This document shows positions 38,229 through 47,924 of a DNA stretch of 64,000 nucleotides, piece by piece (the stretch's first letter is position 1; every line of letters starts with the position of its first letter). The stretch is from Candidatus Latescibacterota bacterium (GTDB lineage Bacteria > Latescibacterota > UBA2968 > SICM01), in assembly GCA_965217865.1 (NCBI GenBank), contig CBDCJO010000002.1, forward strand, positions 5,376,001 to 5,440,000. Direction: 5' to 3'. The translations under genes were made by a program, and so were the position numbers. The notes under the pieces are model-generated. The model did no database searches and was not told the DNA's origin. It worked only from the letters and a program-made list of their open reading frames with translations.

Positions 38229-40391
38229 ATGATTGAACGAGTTGAAGGGGTGATCGGAGGTCGGAACCTTTCCTTCGAAGTGGGACGTGTGGCCAACCAG
38301 GCACACGGAGCCGTGTGGGTGCAATATGGTGAAACCGTGGTCTTGGTCGCAGCGTGTTCTGCCCCCAAGGCCGCGGAAGGCCTGGATTTTTTCCCGTTGA
38401 CGGTTGAATACCGCGAAAAGGCATATGCAGCGGGTCGCATTCCGGGAAGTATTTTCAAACGAGAAGGTCGGAATTCAGAGGTCGAGACCATCAACGCGCG
38501 GTTGATCGATCACCAGATCCGTCCCCTTTTTCCCAAAGCGTACCGCTTCGAGACCCAGGTGGTCGTCACCGTGCTGGCAACGGATCAGGAGAACGCCCCG
38601 GATATCCTCGGAATGACTGGGGCGTCTGCCGCCCTGAGCCTTTCGGACATCCCGTTCTCCGGCCCGATCGGGGCGGTGAGGGTCGGGATGCTGGATGGTG
38701 AAATTATCCTCAATCCGACGATCTCCCAAAACAGAGACAGCCGAATAGACATGATCCTGTCCGGGAACAAGGATTCGATCATCAGCGTTGAGGGATCCGC
38801 AAGGGAGGCGAGCGAGGAAGACATCCTGTCGGCGTTCGAAGCCGGCCACAAGGCCATCATTCAGATCATCGAACTGCAGGAAGAATTGATCGCCCGATGC
38901 GGAAAGCCGAAACGAGAAATAATCGAGGCCCCGGTTAACGAGGAGCTTGTCCAGGCTGTCCAGGAATATGGCATGGCCCGCATCAAGGAGGCAAACCGCA
39001 CCCCCGAAAAAGAGGGACGGGCGGAGTTGCTCAGCGAGATCGAGAAAGAAGCCGTCGCCGACATGGCCGATCGATTCCCGGATTCGGAGAAAGAGATCGT
39101 CGCCCGGATTGAAGATTTGATCAAAGTCGATATGAGGGCGATGGTCCTCGATGAACAACGCCGGATCGACGGACGAGCGGCCGACGAGATCAGACCGATC
39201 ACCTGCGAAATTTCCGTTCTCCCGAGAGTGCACGGCTCCGCCATCTTCACCCGGGGGCAGACCCAGGCCCTCAGCGTCGTCACCCTGGGCACCAAATCGG
39301 ACGAGCGCCTGGTGGACGATCTGGAAGGGAAGTCGTTCAAGAGCTTTATGCTGGACTACAACTTTCCGGCATACAGCGTGGGTGAGGTTCGCAGGATGGG
39401 CCCCCCCGGACGGCGCGAGATCGGACACGGGGCCCTTGCTGAAAAGGCCGTCAGTTCTGTGATCCCATCGGATGAGTCTTTTCCATACACCGTTCGGGTG
39501 GTATCGGAGATTCTGGAATCGAACTCCTCCTCCTCCATGGCCACTGTCTGCGCGGCGACCCTGGCCATGATGGACGCCGGGGTGCCCATTAAGACGCCGA
39601 TTGCCGGGGCGGGGGTCGGACTGATCAAAGATGAGGATCGGTGGGTGGTTCTCAGCGACATTCTCGGCGCAGAGGATCATCTCGGGGATATGGACCTGAA
39701 GGTCGCTGGTAGCCTGGAGGGAATTACAGCAATCCAGATGGATATCAAGATCAAGGGAATCAGCTTCGATATTATGCGTGAAGGATTGGAGCGGGCACGC
39801 CGGAGCAGGCTCGAAATCCTGGACAAGATGGGCCAGGCCATTTCCTCCCCGCGAACCGAACTTTCCCAATACGCCCCCCGCATCCTCTCGATTCAGATCC
39901 CCGTTTCGAAGATCGGCCTGATCATCGGACCTGGAGGAAAAACCATCCGGGAGATCGAGAAAACCGGGGCCGTCATCAACGTGGAGGACGACGGCTTAAT
40001 AACGATCGCCTCTGTGGAGGCTACGGCAGGGGAGGAAGCCCTATCGATGATCCATGCGCTCGTAGAGGATGCGGAGGTGGGAAAGGTCTACGAAGGCCGG
40101 GTCAAAAGCGTCAAGGATTTCGGCGCCTTTATCGAAATCCTTCCCGGCAAGGAAGGGCTTTGCCATATTTCGGAACTGGAACATCGTCACGTCGCCAAGG
40201 TCACGGATGTGCTCTCAGAAGGGGACATCACGAGGGTCAAGGTTATCGGAATCGACGACCAGGGCAAAATCAAGCTCAGCCGGAAGGCCACCCTGGAAGG
40301 CGGCCCGAAGCCCGACGAGACCGCGGGAGGCGACGGCCGCCAGCGTAACCAGGATTTCGCGGATAGAGGCCGTCCGCCCAGACGGAGATGA
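38229..40391 (+). CDS. pnp: Polyribonucleotide nucleotidyltransferase
   Basis: FFPLTVEY, RIDGR, HGSAIFTRGQTQ, RREIGHG, EDHLGDMD, KH and S1 domains. Confidence 0.98.
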   Translation: MIERVEGVIGGRNLSFEVGRVANQAHGAVWVQYGETVVLVAACSAPKAAEGLDFFPLTVEYREKAYAAGRIPGSIFKREGRNSEVETINARLIDHQIRPLFPKAYRFETQVVVTVLATDQENAPDILGMTGASAALSLSDIPFSGPIGAVRVGMLDGEIILNPTISQNRDSRIDMILSGNKDSIISVEGSAREASEEDILSAFEAGHKAIIQIIELQEELIARCGKPKREIIEAPVNEELVQAVQEYGMARIKEANRTPEKEGRAELLSEIEKEAVADMADRFPDSEKEIVARIEDLIKVDMRAMVLDEQRRIDGRAADEIRPITCEISVLPRVHGSAIFTRGQTQALSVVTLGTKSDERLVDDLEGKSFKSFMLDYNFPAYSVGEVRRMGPPGRREIGHGALAEKAVSSVIPSDESFPYTVRVVSEILESNSSSSMATVCAATLAMMDAGVPIKTPIAGAGVGLIKDEDRWVVLSDILGAEDHLGDMDLKVAGSLEGITAIQMDIKIKGISFDIMREGLERARRSRLEILDKMGQAISSPRTELSQYAPRILSIQIPVSKIGLIIGPGGKTIREIEKTGAVINVEDDGLITIASVEATAGEEALSMIHALVEDAEVGKVYEGRVKSVKDFGAFIEILPGKEGLCHISELEHRHVAKVTDVLSEGDITRVKVIGIDDQGKIKLSRKATLEGGPKPDETAGGDGRQRNQDFADRGRPPRRR

Positions 40392-40495
40392 TTCCGACCA
40401 GGCGGGTTCCATTTTTCTGGAATGCATCCTACTTTTGAGACCTCTTTCATCCAAGACTACCGGAAGGCTCCTTCGGTAGTCTTTTCCGTTTTCCT

Positions 40496-41767
40496 ATGGA
40501 TTCAGAAACCGTACGCAAGACAATACTCCCAAACGGCCTGCGCGTGTTGACCGAGCACGTTCCGTACGTCAGTTCCGTTTCACTCGGGATTTGGGTCGAG
40601 GCAGGCTCCAGGGATGAATATAAACCCCACCGGGGCATTCTCCATTTCATTGAACACATGATCTTCAAGGGGACGGAGAAGCGAACCGCCTTCGAACTCG
40701 TTCACAGTCTGGAATCGGTTGGGGGACAGATCGACGCCTTTACCAGCCGCGATATTACCTGCTTCTTCGTACGTTGCCTCGATGAACATACTGAAATCGC
40801 CCTGGATGTCCTGGGCGACATGCTGAGAAGCTCAGTGTTCGATCCTAACGCCATTGAGAAAGAGAAGGGTGTTGTGGTCGAGGAGATCCGGAATGTCGAG
40901 GACACCCCGGACGAATTGATACACGACGCCTTCGGCGAATCGGTCTGGGGTGGCCATCCCGTCGGGAGGCCCATCCTGGGTGTTCAGGAAACCGTTGTGA
41001 GTTTCCAGAGGAAGGACCTGATCGATCACCTCCGGGAGTTTTACACCTCCGGAAGTGTTATCGTTACCGCCGCAGGAAGTCTGGATCACGACGCCTTTGT
41101 AGAATCGGTCAAACGGCACATCGATCTTCCGGAATCCGGGGGCCTGCCCCGGCAGCGTTCAGCTCCTCCGACTAATCCCGGGTCCGCCCGGCACGTGGAC
41201 AAGAAGATCGGGCAAACCCACTTATGCCTTGGGACGGTCACGTGTTCGTGCCGGGATCCCCGCCGCTACGACATTCTGGCGGCCAATACCATCCTGGGCG
41301 GAGGCATGAGCTCAAGGCTGTTCCAGGAGATACGGGAACGTCTCGGATTGGCGTATGCGATCTATACCTACGTCGACATGCTGGCTGACACCGGCCTCTT
41401 CGGGGTCTACCTGGCCTGCGAACCGGCTCAGGCGGCACGGGCTACCGAGCTTGTCTGCGACGCGATCCGGAAAATCAAGACAGATGGGGTGACGCAGAGC
41501 GAGGTGGATAACGCTCGGGCTCAAATGAAGGGTGGACTCCTAATGGGCATGGAAAGTATGAGCAAGCGGATGAGCCGTCTGGCCAAACAGGAGATCTACT
41601 TTGGGAGGTCCAAAACGGTTGCAGAGACCATCGCGGATATTGAAGGGATTACTCGAGATGGGATAGTGGACCTCTGCCGGGAGATGTTCGACGTGGATGG
41701 TTTTCATGTGGTCACCGTCGGTCCCGAGTCAGACGGTGTGGCCGGGGCATTGGAACGGATAGCGTAG
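40496..41767 (+). CDS. M16 family zinc peptidase
   Basis: HFIEH (HxxEH), LGGGMSSRLFQEIRERLGLAY; conserved position after pnp. Confidence 0.92.
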   Translation: MDSETVRKTILPNGLRVLTEHVPYVSSVSLGIWVEAGSRDEYKPHRGILHFIEHMIFKGTEKRTAFELVHSLESVGGQIDAFTSRDITCFFVRCLDEHTEIALDVLGDMLRSSVFDPNAIEKEKGVVVEEIRNVEDTPDELIHDAFGESVWGGHPVGRPILGVQETVVSFQRKDLIDHLREFYTSGSVIVTAAGSLDHDAFVESVKRHIDLPESGGLPRQRSAPPTNPGSARHVDKKIGQTHLCLGTVTCSCRDPRRYDILAANTILGGGMSSRLFQEIRERLGLAYAIYTYVDMLADTGLFGVYLACEPAQAARATELVCDAIRKIKTDGVTQSEVDNARAQMKGGLLMGMESMSKRMSRLAKQEIYFGRSKTVAETIADIEGITRDGIVDLCREMFDVDGFHVVTVGPESDGVAGALERIA

Positions 41768-41979
41768 AAAAGACTGTGAAACGTGAAACGGCAAACGTGA
41801 GACGGAAAGGCAAAGGTAGGTGCCAGTGGCATGAAGAGCAAAAGCAGGGGGCAGGGGAATTGCAAAGTGAAAAATGAAAAATGGGGCTCTCCGTGGAATA
41901 TAGTGGACTCTATCTTCGCGATTGACACCCGGGCCTTCGAGCTAATCGGGAAGCTGAGACTAAAGTCAGAGCCTTCTTT

Positions 41980-42225
41980 AAGCGCCAACGGCGCGTTGTT
42001 CCTCAACCCAGGGCATCGCCCTGGGTCCTTGGAAAGCAATAGCGTCGTGCGGCCTGAAGGGCCGCGATAATTTCACATCCCCCAATCCCTGTCCTACATC
42101 CTGATGCACCTAGTGTTCAGCACAAAGATCCGGATCGCGGACCGTTGGCCCGCTCGAATCACCCACATTCAAAACCCAGCCCGTTGGGCTGGGCAAAGGA
42201 ATCACGGGCCGTTGGCCCGTTGGTG
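41980..42225 (+). mobile_element. IS200/IS605 TnpA (Y1) remnant flanked by palindromic elements
   Basis: IPQSLSYILMHLVFSTK at about 42075-42127; palindromes cccagggcatcgccctggg, gcggcctgaagggccgc, cccagcccgttgggctggg, gggccgttggccc. Confidence 0.7.
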
Positions 42226-42315
42226 GGTCGCCTCACAGAACCTCTGCAATTGCTGCCTATGTTTGACGCCTTCTTGAGACAAGTTCCCCCCTCTGTTGGA
42301 GAAAGTGAAACCGGA

Positions 42316-42603
42316 ATGAATGACACGCCCCGACACGTTGAGAAACGGTTTCAGGATATGATGCTGGCTCGGTCCCCGGGCGAGCGATTGGCAATGGCAT
42401 GCAGAATGTTCGAGACGGCCAGATCTCTCGTGCTGGCCGGTATCAGGGCCGGCCATGGCGAACTTAACAGAGCGGAGACGCGCAGGCAGCTGTTTCTTAG
42501 GTTTTACGAGAAGGATTTTGAACCAGAGAAGCGAGAAAAGATTCTGGAACATCTCAGTAAAGCCGACGAAGTATTGCTTTCGAATCGACGCAATATTACG
42601 TAA
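42316..42603 (+). CDS. Small conserved hypothetical protein (often next to nucleotidyltransferase genes)
   Basis: MNDTP...MMLARSPGERLAMACRMFETARSLVLAGIR...RRQLFLRFY. Confidence 0.6.
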   Translation: MNDTPRHVEKRFQDMMLARSPGERLAMACRMFETARSLVLAGIRAGHGELNRAETRRQLFLRFYEKDFEPEKREKILEHLSKADEVLLSNRRNIT

Positions 42604-42637
42604 CCAGGGATTTTCAGCCTAAGCTATAGCCGAAAAC

Positions 42638-42810
42638 AGAGATTCTTCGCCTTCGGCTCAGAATGACACATTTGGTTTGAATTGTCTCTTTGACGAAGAG
42701 AAATCGATAAATCTTTTGGATATTCCAACCGAGATTCTTCGCCGGAGCCTGTCCTGAGTCCCCTTCGATTCCACTCCGTTTCCGCTCATGGCAGTGGTCC
42801 TTCGACTCCA
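42638..42810. repeat. REP-like elements (gagattcttcg family)
   Basis: gagattcttcgccttcggctcagaatgaca and gagattcttcgccggagcctgtcctgag...cccttcga. Confidence 0.6.
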
Positions 42811-42830
42811 TCTTGGGAGGAAAGCGCAAA

Positions 42831-44141
42831 ATGACCGATCGCCCCATGCCCGATCACGTCTACATCTCCGATATCTCGCGCCACGAGGGCCAGGAGGTCC
42901 TCCTGAAGGGCTGGCTCTATCAGAAACGCTCGAGCGGGAAGCTGCATTTTCTCCAGGTTCGGGACGGCACAGGGGTAATTCAGTGTGTCGTGTTCAAGGG
43001 GGAGGTGCCGGAGGAGGTGTTCGAACGGGCGAATCGGGTCACCCAGGAATCTTCGGTATTTGTAAGGGGAACGGTCCGGGCAGACGAACGTTCTTCGATC
43101 GGCTACGAATTGGGCGTTAACAGCTTGGAAATCAACCAGTTGGCTCAGGATTACCCGATTACGCCCAAGGAGCACGGCACGGCTTTCCTGATGGACCACA
43201 GGCATCTGTGGCTCCGGTCCTCCAGGCAGCATGCGATTATCAGGGTTCGCAGCGAAATCATCCAGGCCTGCCGGGACTATCTCAACGACACGGGTTTTGT
43301 CCTCGTGGATGCCCCGATCTTTACCCCAGCGGCCTGCGAAGGCACTACGACCCTATTCGAAACGGACTATTTCGACGAGAAGGCTTTCCTCACGCAGAGC
43401 GGACAGCTCTACATGGAAGCCGCGGCCATGGCATTTGGAAAGGTCTACTGCTTCGGACCGACCTTCCGGGCGGAGAAATCGAAGACCCGGCGGCACCTCA
43501 CGGAATTCTGGATGATCGAGCCGGAGGTGGCCTATATGGACCTTGAGGGCGATATGGACCTGGCAGAGGATCTGATCGCCTTCGTGGTAGGGAGGGTCCT
43601 GGAGCGTCGAATGCCCGAGCTCGAGGGATTGGGGAGGGACCTCTCAAAATTGAAGAACCTGAAGAAGCCTTTCCCGCGGATCTCCTATACGGAAGCCGTT
43701 GATATTTTGAAAGATAAGGGAGTCGATTTCGACTGGGGAAACGATTTTGGAGGTGATGAGGAGACGATCCTGGCCGATTCATTCGATCAGCCCGCGCTGA
43801 TTCACCGTTATCCGGCTGCGTGCAAGGCGTTTTACATGAAACAGGATTCGGAGAATCCGGATGTGGCCCTGTGCGTGGATATGCTGGCCCCGGAGGGCTA
43901 TGGGGAGATAATCGGTGGGGGCCAGCGGGAGGATAGCCTGGATATCCTGGAAACAAAATTGGATGCCCATAAGCTGCCCAAAAGTGCATTTGAGTGGTAC
44001 CTGGACCTTCGGCGCTACGGAAGCGTGCCTCACGCGGGTTTCGGTCTCGGAATCGAACGAACCGTGTCATGGATTTGCGGCCTGAAACACGTCCGTGAGA
44101 CGATCCCTTTCCCCAGGATGGTGCAGCGCCTATATCCCTGA
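42831..44141 (+). CDS. asnS: Asparagine--tRNA ligase
   Basis: [63 protein letters not shown]. Confidence 0.97.
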   Translation: MTDRPMPDHVYISDISRHEGQEVLLKGWLYQKRSSGKLHFLQVRDGTGVIQCVVFKGEVPEEVFERANRVTQESSVFVRGTVRADERSSIGYELGVNSLEINQLAQDYPITPKEHGTAFLMDHRHLWLRSSRQHAIIRVRSEIIQACRDYLNDTGFVLVDAPIFTPAACEGTTTLFETDYFDEKAFLTQSGQLYMEAAAMAFGKVYCFGPTFRAEKSKTRRHLTEFWMIEPEVAYMDLEGDMDLAEDLIAFVVGRVLERRMPELEGLGRDLSKLKNLKKPFPRISYTEAVDILKDKGVDFDWGNDFGGDEETILADSFDQPALIHRYPAACKAFYMKQDSENPDVALCVDMLAPEGYGEIIGGGQREDSLDILETKLDAHKLPKSAFEWYLDLRRYGSVPHAGFGLGIERTVSWICGLKHVRETIPFPRMVQRLYP

Positions 44142-44224
44142 GGATTGATTGCAGGTCGTTCAAATCGTCCTGTATATTTATTTATCATATGATATGTGTT
44201 TTATAGCCCTTAAAAAGGAATATA

Positions 44225-44653
44225 ATGGAAGATAATGAGACCTATACTGTTTCACAGGCCAGCGATTATCTTGGATTATCCTCTAAGACTATTCGTAAAT
44301 ATATTTATAAAGGGCTATTAAAAGCAAATAAATGGAATGGTATGTGGGTTATCGAAAGTGGAAGTGTAAGGGAAGTTAAGCGGAAGATAAGCGGAACTTC
44401 AACGGAACATATAACCCTCAAAAAGGAAGTTCTAAAGCGAAATGAGAAGAATTATTGGGTAGAAAAGAAACATTACGATGATCTCATGCTGCAGATTGGT
44501 CAACTCAGAGCTGCGGAAAGTCTCCTGGTCGAGTATAAAGAGCAGATTCAGGAACTTTCGGGACAGATAAGGGAACTGGAAAGGGAGATCGGAAGGCTCC
44601 AGAAGGCGGAGGGGGGGTTCTGGCAATGGATATGCTGGTGGCGTAGAGGATAA
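44225..44653 (+). CDS. Excisionase-like HTH (HTH_17) DNA-binding protein with coiled coil
   Basis: YTVSQASDYLGLSSKTIRKYIYKGLLKANK; AT-rich relative to flanks. Confidence 0.75.
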   Translation: MEDNETYTVSQASDYLGLSSKTIRKYIYKGLLKANKWNGMWVIESGSVREVKRKISGTSTEHITLKKEVLKRNEKNYWVEKKHYDDLMLQIGQLRAAESLLVEYKEQIQELSGQIRELEREIGRLQKAEGGFWQWICWWRRG

Positions 44654-44678
44654 TGATTTCAGCCCTGGATAATTTATA

Positions 44679-44706
44679 AGTTTACATAATATACCTTATA
44701 CGAACC
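44679..44706 (-). other. XerC/XerD dif recombination site
   Basis: Minus strand GGTTCGTATAA-GGTATA-TTATGTAAACT versus E. coli dif GGTGCGCATAA-TGTATA-TTATGTTAAAT. Confidence 0.85.
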
Positions 44707-44821
44707 ACGGTGGTCGGGGGTCAGATGTCATGGATCAGGGATTTAAGGGGGCTTAGAGGTCATGGAACTAACGACTGAGATCAGGCCCTAGGAGATTAGG
44801 AGTCCTTTGCGGAGGTCATAA

Positions 44822-44898
44822 GTGAGATCACAACTAATTATTCGATTGGATAACGATCTCAAGGTCAAAGTCAGCAAGGTGCACGATCTGAAAGCAAA
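44822..44898 (+). pseudogene. CopG/RHH antitoxin-like N-terminal remnant
   Basis: RBS ggaggt, then GTG; MRSQLIIRLDNDLKVKVSK.ARSESK; truncated where it meets the convergent porin remnant. Confidence 0.5.
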
Positions 44899-45409
44899 GT
44901 TTTTGAAGATCAAGCGATGTTTTCTCAACCGAGCGATACCCATAGATCCCCTCCACCCGGCTCCACGTCGGAGTAGGTGACAGACCGAAGAGGATACGAT
45001 GGTCTCCCCGGGTCCACTTTAGATAGCCGTCCTTCAGGTTGGGTTCTAATTTGGCGTTGGTCTTGAAATCCCCGGGACTTGAAAACTCCATTCGGGCGCG
45101 GATGGAAAACCCTTCGGTTAATCCCTTGTCATACGTCAGGTAGATTCGTCGAAACCAGAAGCCGTTTTGTTTCTCGAGACTTGGATCGTGGTTGGAAACG
45201 ATCGCGTAATAGTCTCCGAACATTTGCCCTGAGATCTTGCCTGAGGGTTCCTCCCCGGCGTATGAACTTGCTGGAACAAAGCAAGCGATAGCGGCCAACG
45301 CGGACACCAGGCATCTCGCTTCCGTACACACCCCTCTCGCATTCAGCTCCACGCGCTTAAGGACTTCCCTCATCTTCGGTTTTATTGAAAGGTTCACACG
45401 CGGGCTCAA
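44895..45409 (-). pseudogene. 3'-truncated outer-membrane porin (phosphate-selective porin-like)
   Basis: Signal-like segment, KISGQMFGDYY, NGFWFRRIYLTYDK, PNLKDGYLKW, GYRSVEKTSLDLQKL, then abrupt junction. Confidence 0.6.
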
Positions 45410-45465
45410 TGTGAAATGAATTGCCGCCCCAATTGGTGTGCGGATGTAAGGAATCTAAGCCCAAA

Positions 45466-45485
45466 GTTACAATAAGGTTACAATA
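45466..45485. promoter_or_regulatory. OmpR/PhoB-type tandem operator (PHO-box-like)
   Basis: GTTACAATA repeated with 11-bp period upstream of the porin remnant. Confidence 0.45.
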
Positions 45486-45634
45486 TTTTTGGCTTGAAAA
45501 ATAACGGAGCCTTAAAAAGAATCCCTTTTGAATTGATTTTTGACATAAATTGGTTAATATACTATTGGATGGTTACGGGAGTCAAACTATATTCTCAGTG
45601 CGCGGGTGTGATTTTTTGGAAGAAAGAGAACTAA

Positions 45635-46051
45635 TTGAACACCCCAAGAGGTGTGCTGTTTCTTTGTAAGGGTAACTCCTGCAGGAGCCAGATGGCCGAA
45701 GGGCTGCTTCGGGAATTCGGAGGAGATTGCTTTAGAGCCTTCAGTGCGGGGACCGATCCAAAACCCGTCCATCCCAAGGCTGTCAGAGCAATGAAGGAGA
45801 TCGGGATCGATATTTCCGCACAAGGAACGAAATCGATCGATCGATTTCTAAACGATCGCTTCGACGTCGTTATAACGGTTTGCGATCGGGCTAACGAGAG
45901 TTGCCCCGTCTTCCCGGGTGACGTGAAGCGGATTCACTGGAGTTTCGATGATCCAGCCGAAGCTACTGGGACCGAGGAAGAGAAGATGGGGGTCTTCCGG
46001 CGGGTGAGAAATGAAATCACGGAAAGGATCAACGTTTACCTGAGCGAATAA
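45635..46051 (+). CDS. arsC: Arsenate reductase (LMW-PTP / thioredoxin-coupled family)
   Basis: FLCKGNSCRSQMAEG, ITVCD..ESCP, HWSFDDPA. Confidence 0.92.
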   Translation: MNTPRGVLFLCKGNSCRSQMAEGLLREFGGDCFRAFSAGTDPKPVHPKAVRAMKEIGIDISAQGTKSIDRFLNDRFDVVITVCDRANESCPVFPGDVKRIHWSFDDPAEATGTEEEKMGVFRRVRNEITERINVYLSE

Positions 46052-46254
46052 AAGGGCCAATCCAGACCGCAAGTTCCAGATTGATAATTATTGCTGCTAA
46101 TTGTTGTGAACTTTTGCCAGGACTTATTTTCGCGGGGGTTCACATTAATTAAAACACCCTTATCAACATTTATAAGCCTATTAAACTTTGACGGTTGCTT
46201 TCCAAAGAGCCAAATCTTACGAATAAGGGATTTAACGATTAATTATATGTCTTC

Positions 46255-46569
46255 GGGCATAGACATTGCATCTTAATTAAGGATCAACTGTGATGCCCAC
46301 CGCTGGGGTCGCAATCCGAAATTCCTACGTCGATTGCTCATGCCTCGCCGGAGGAAGGGCACGATCGGGACTCCGCCAGGCACCACCGCCGGCGGCGACC
46401 AAGCACCTGAAAGGCTACACGACCGTCGCAGTCATCTGCTTCATCGGATCCCTAGCAATTTTTCTCTCTCAAGCCATATTCAGGACACTATCTAACTATG
46501 ATTTTGGGCGAATAGAATACGCCTGCTGGTTCAATATTTAAATCAAGATTTCCTCGTATTTTCCGATCA
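46255..46569 (+). promoter_or_regulatory. Sigma54-like and sigma28-like motifs upstream of fliG
   Basis: GGGCAT-agaca-TTGCA (46255-46270); TCAA-N15-TCCGATCA (46543-46569). Confidence 0.45.
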
Positions 46570-46620
46570 AAGAATAGAAGCCCGGAAATCTTACAAATCA
46601 GTTTTTTTAGGGGGATATCT

Positions 46621-47547
46621 ATGGCGGAAACGGAAGGATATTCATCTCGGCAGAAGGTGGCCATTCTGATGATCGCGCTCGGACAGGACACCAGTGCAGA
46701 GATCCTGAAATACCTGAACGATTATGAGATCGAGGACATCGCCCAGACCATCGCCGAGCTCAGGACCGTCACGACGGACCAGGAGGACGAGGTCCTCGAG
46801 GAGTTCGAGACGATGCTGATGGCCGGAAAGTACGTCTCGATGGGCGGGATCGATTTCGCCCGGGGGACGCTCGAGAAGGCCATGGGCCCCCGCCGGGCGC
46901 AGTCGATGCTCGACCGGGTGACGGCCACGACCTCGGGAGGGTTCTACCTGCTCCGAAACATCGCGCCGAACCAGATCGCCCCGTTCATCAGCAAGGAGCA
47001 CCCGCAGACGATCGCCCTGATCCTGTCCCAGCTGGACCCGTCTCAGGCCGCGGGCGTCCTGAACATCCTTCCGGAAGAGCTCCAGTCGGAGGTGACCTAC
47101 CGGGTGGCCGCTATGGAGAACATCTCACCGCAGGTGCTTCGGGAGATCGAGGATACGCTTGCCAATGAGCTCCAGGCGATCCTGACGGGTCAAATCACGG
47201 AGATCGGGGGTCCGAAGAAGGTGGAGGAGATCCGGAACATGATGTTCACGTTCGACGACATCGCGAACCTGACGGACCGCGAGATCCAGATGGTGCTGCG
47301 GGAGGTGGACACGAAGGATCTGGCGACTGCGCTGAAGGGATCTGCGCCCGAGATGCAGGATCGGATCTTTTCGAATGTGTCCGAGCGTGTGAGCCAGATG
47401 ATCCGCGAGGAGATGGAGTTTTCGGGGCCGATCCGGATGAGCGACGTCGAGGAGGTCCAGCTTCGGGTCGTCCAGACGGTGCGGCAGCTCGAGGAGGCCG
47501 GGCAGGTCACGGTCACCCGCGGAGAGTCCACGGACGTCTTCGTATAG
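46621..47547 (+). CDS. fliG: Flagellar motor switch protein FliG (orphan, in-frame internal deletion)
   Basis: QKVAILMIALG, EHPQTIALILS, GG hinge, MFTFDD, LATALKG; the ARM-C helices between GG and MFxF are missing. Confidence 0.9.
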   Translation: MAETEGYSSRQKVAILMIALGQDTSAEILKYLNDYEIEDIAQTIAELRTVTTDQEDEVLEEFETMLMAGKYVSMGGIDFARGTLEKAMGPRRAQSMLDRVTATTSGGFYLLRNIAPNQIAPFISKEHPQTIALILSQLDPSQAAGVLNILPEELQSEVTYRVAAMENISPQVLREIEDTLANELQAILTGQITEIGGPKKVEEIRNMMFTFDDIANLTDREIQMVLREVDTKDLATALKGSAPEMQDRIFSNVSERVSQMIREEMEFSGPIRMSDVEEVQLRVVQTVRQLEEAGQVTVTRGESTDVFV

Positions 47548-47661
47548 GGTATGGTTATATCCCTGAGGTTTGAAGTAATCAACGCGTGAATCAAATTGGA
47601 AGGGGGCGCACCTTTCGGTGGACCGGCGCTGTCCCCCCAGCGCCCGCCCCCTAAAAATAGA

Positions 47662-47696
47662 AAACCCCGGCGAAATAATTCGTCGGGGCTTTTTTG
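47662..47696. terminator. Bidirectional terminator-like hairpin
   Basis: aaaaccccggcgaa-ataa-ttcgtcggggctttttt. Confidence 0.7.
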
Positions 47697-47697
47697 G

Positions 47698-47790
47698 TTA
47701 ACATTGAGCTGTCGTTACATCATTGCCCGCTTTCTTCAGGTTGTAGCGTAAAGCATCTACGATATCGAGTTTGTCGTCGAATACGCGGTA
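47698..47790 (-). pseudogene. Response regulator (PhoB/OmpR-like) receiver N-terminal remnant
   Basis: VFDDKLDIVDALRYNLKKAGNDVTTA. Confidence 0.55.
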
Positions 47791-47924
47791 TATAAAAAAA
47801 TTTCGTTAATCAGGGGCAGTGACAGATGCAATGGTGGGAGAAAGGTAAACAAAGATATCTTTCTCTGCTACTGCTACTGCTACTTGATTCCCCCCTTTTT
47901 CCGTCTCTCCTCTGCGTTTCCCGT

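Noticed and set aside
46290-46541. SecG-like or other small membrane protein
   Set aside because: Only one hydrophobic segment, no clear RBS or family motif; may be a remnant.
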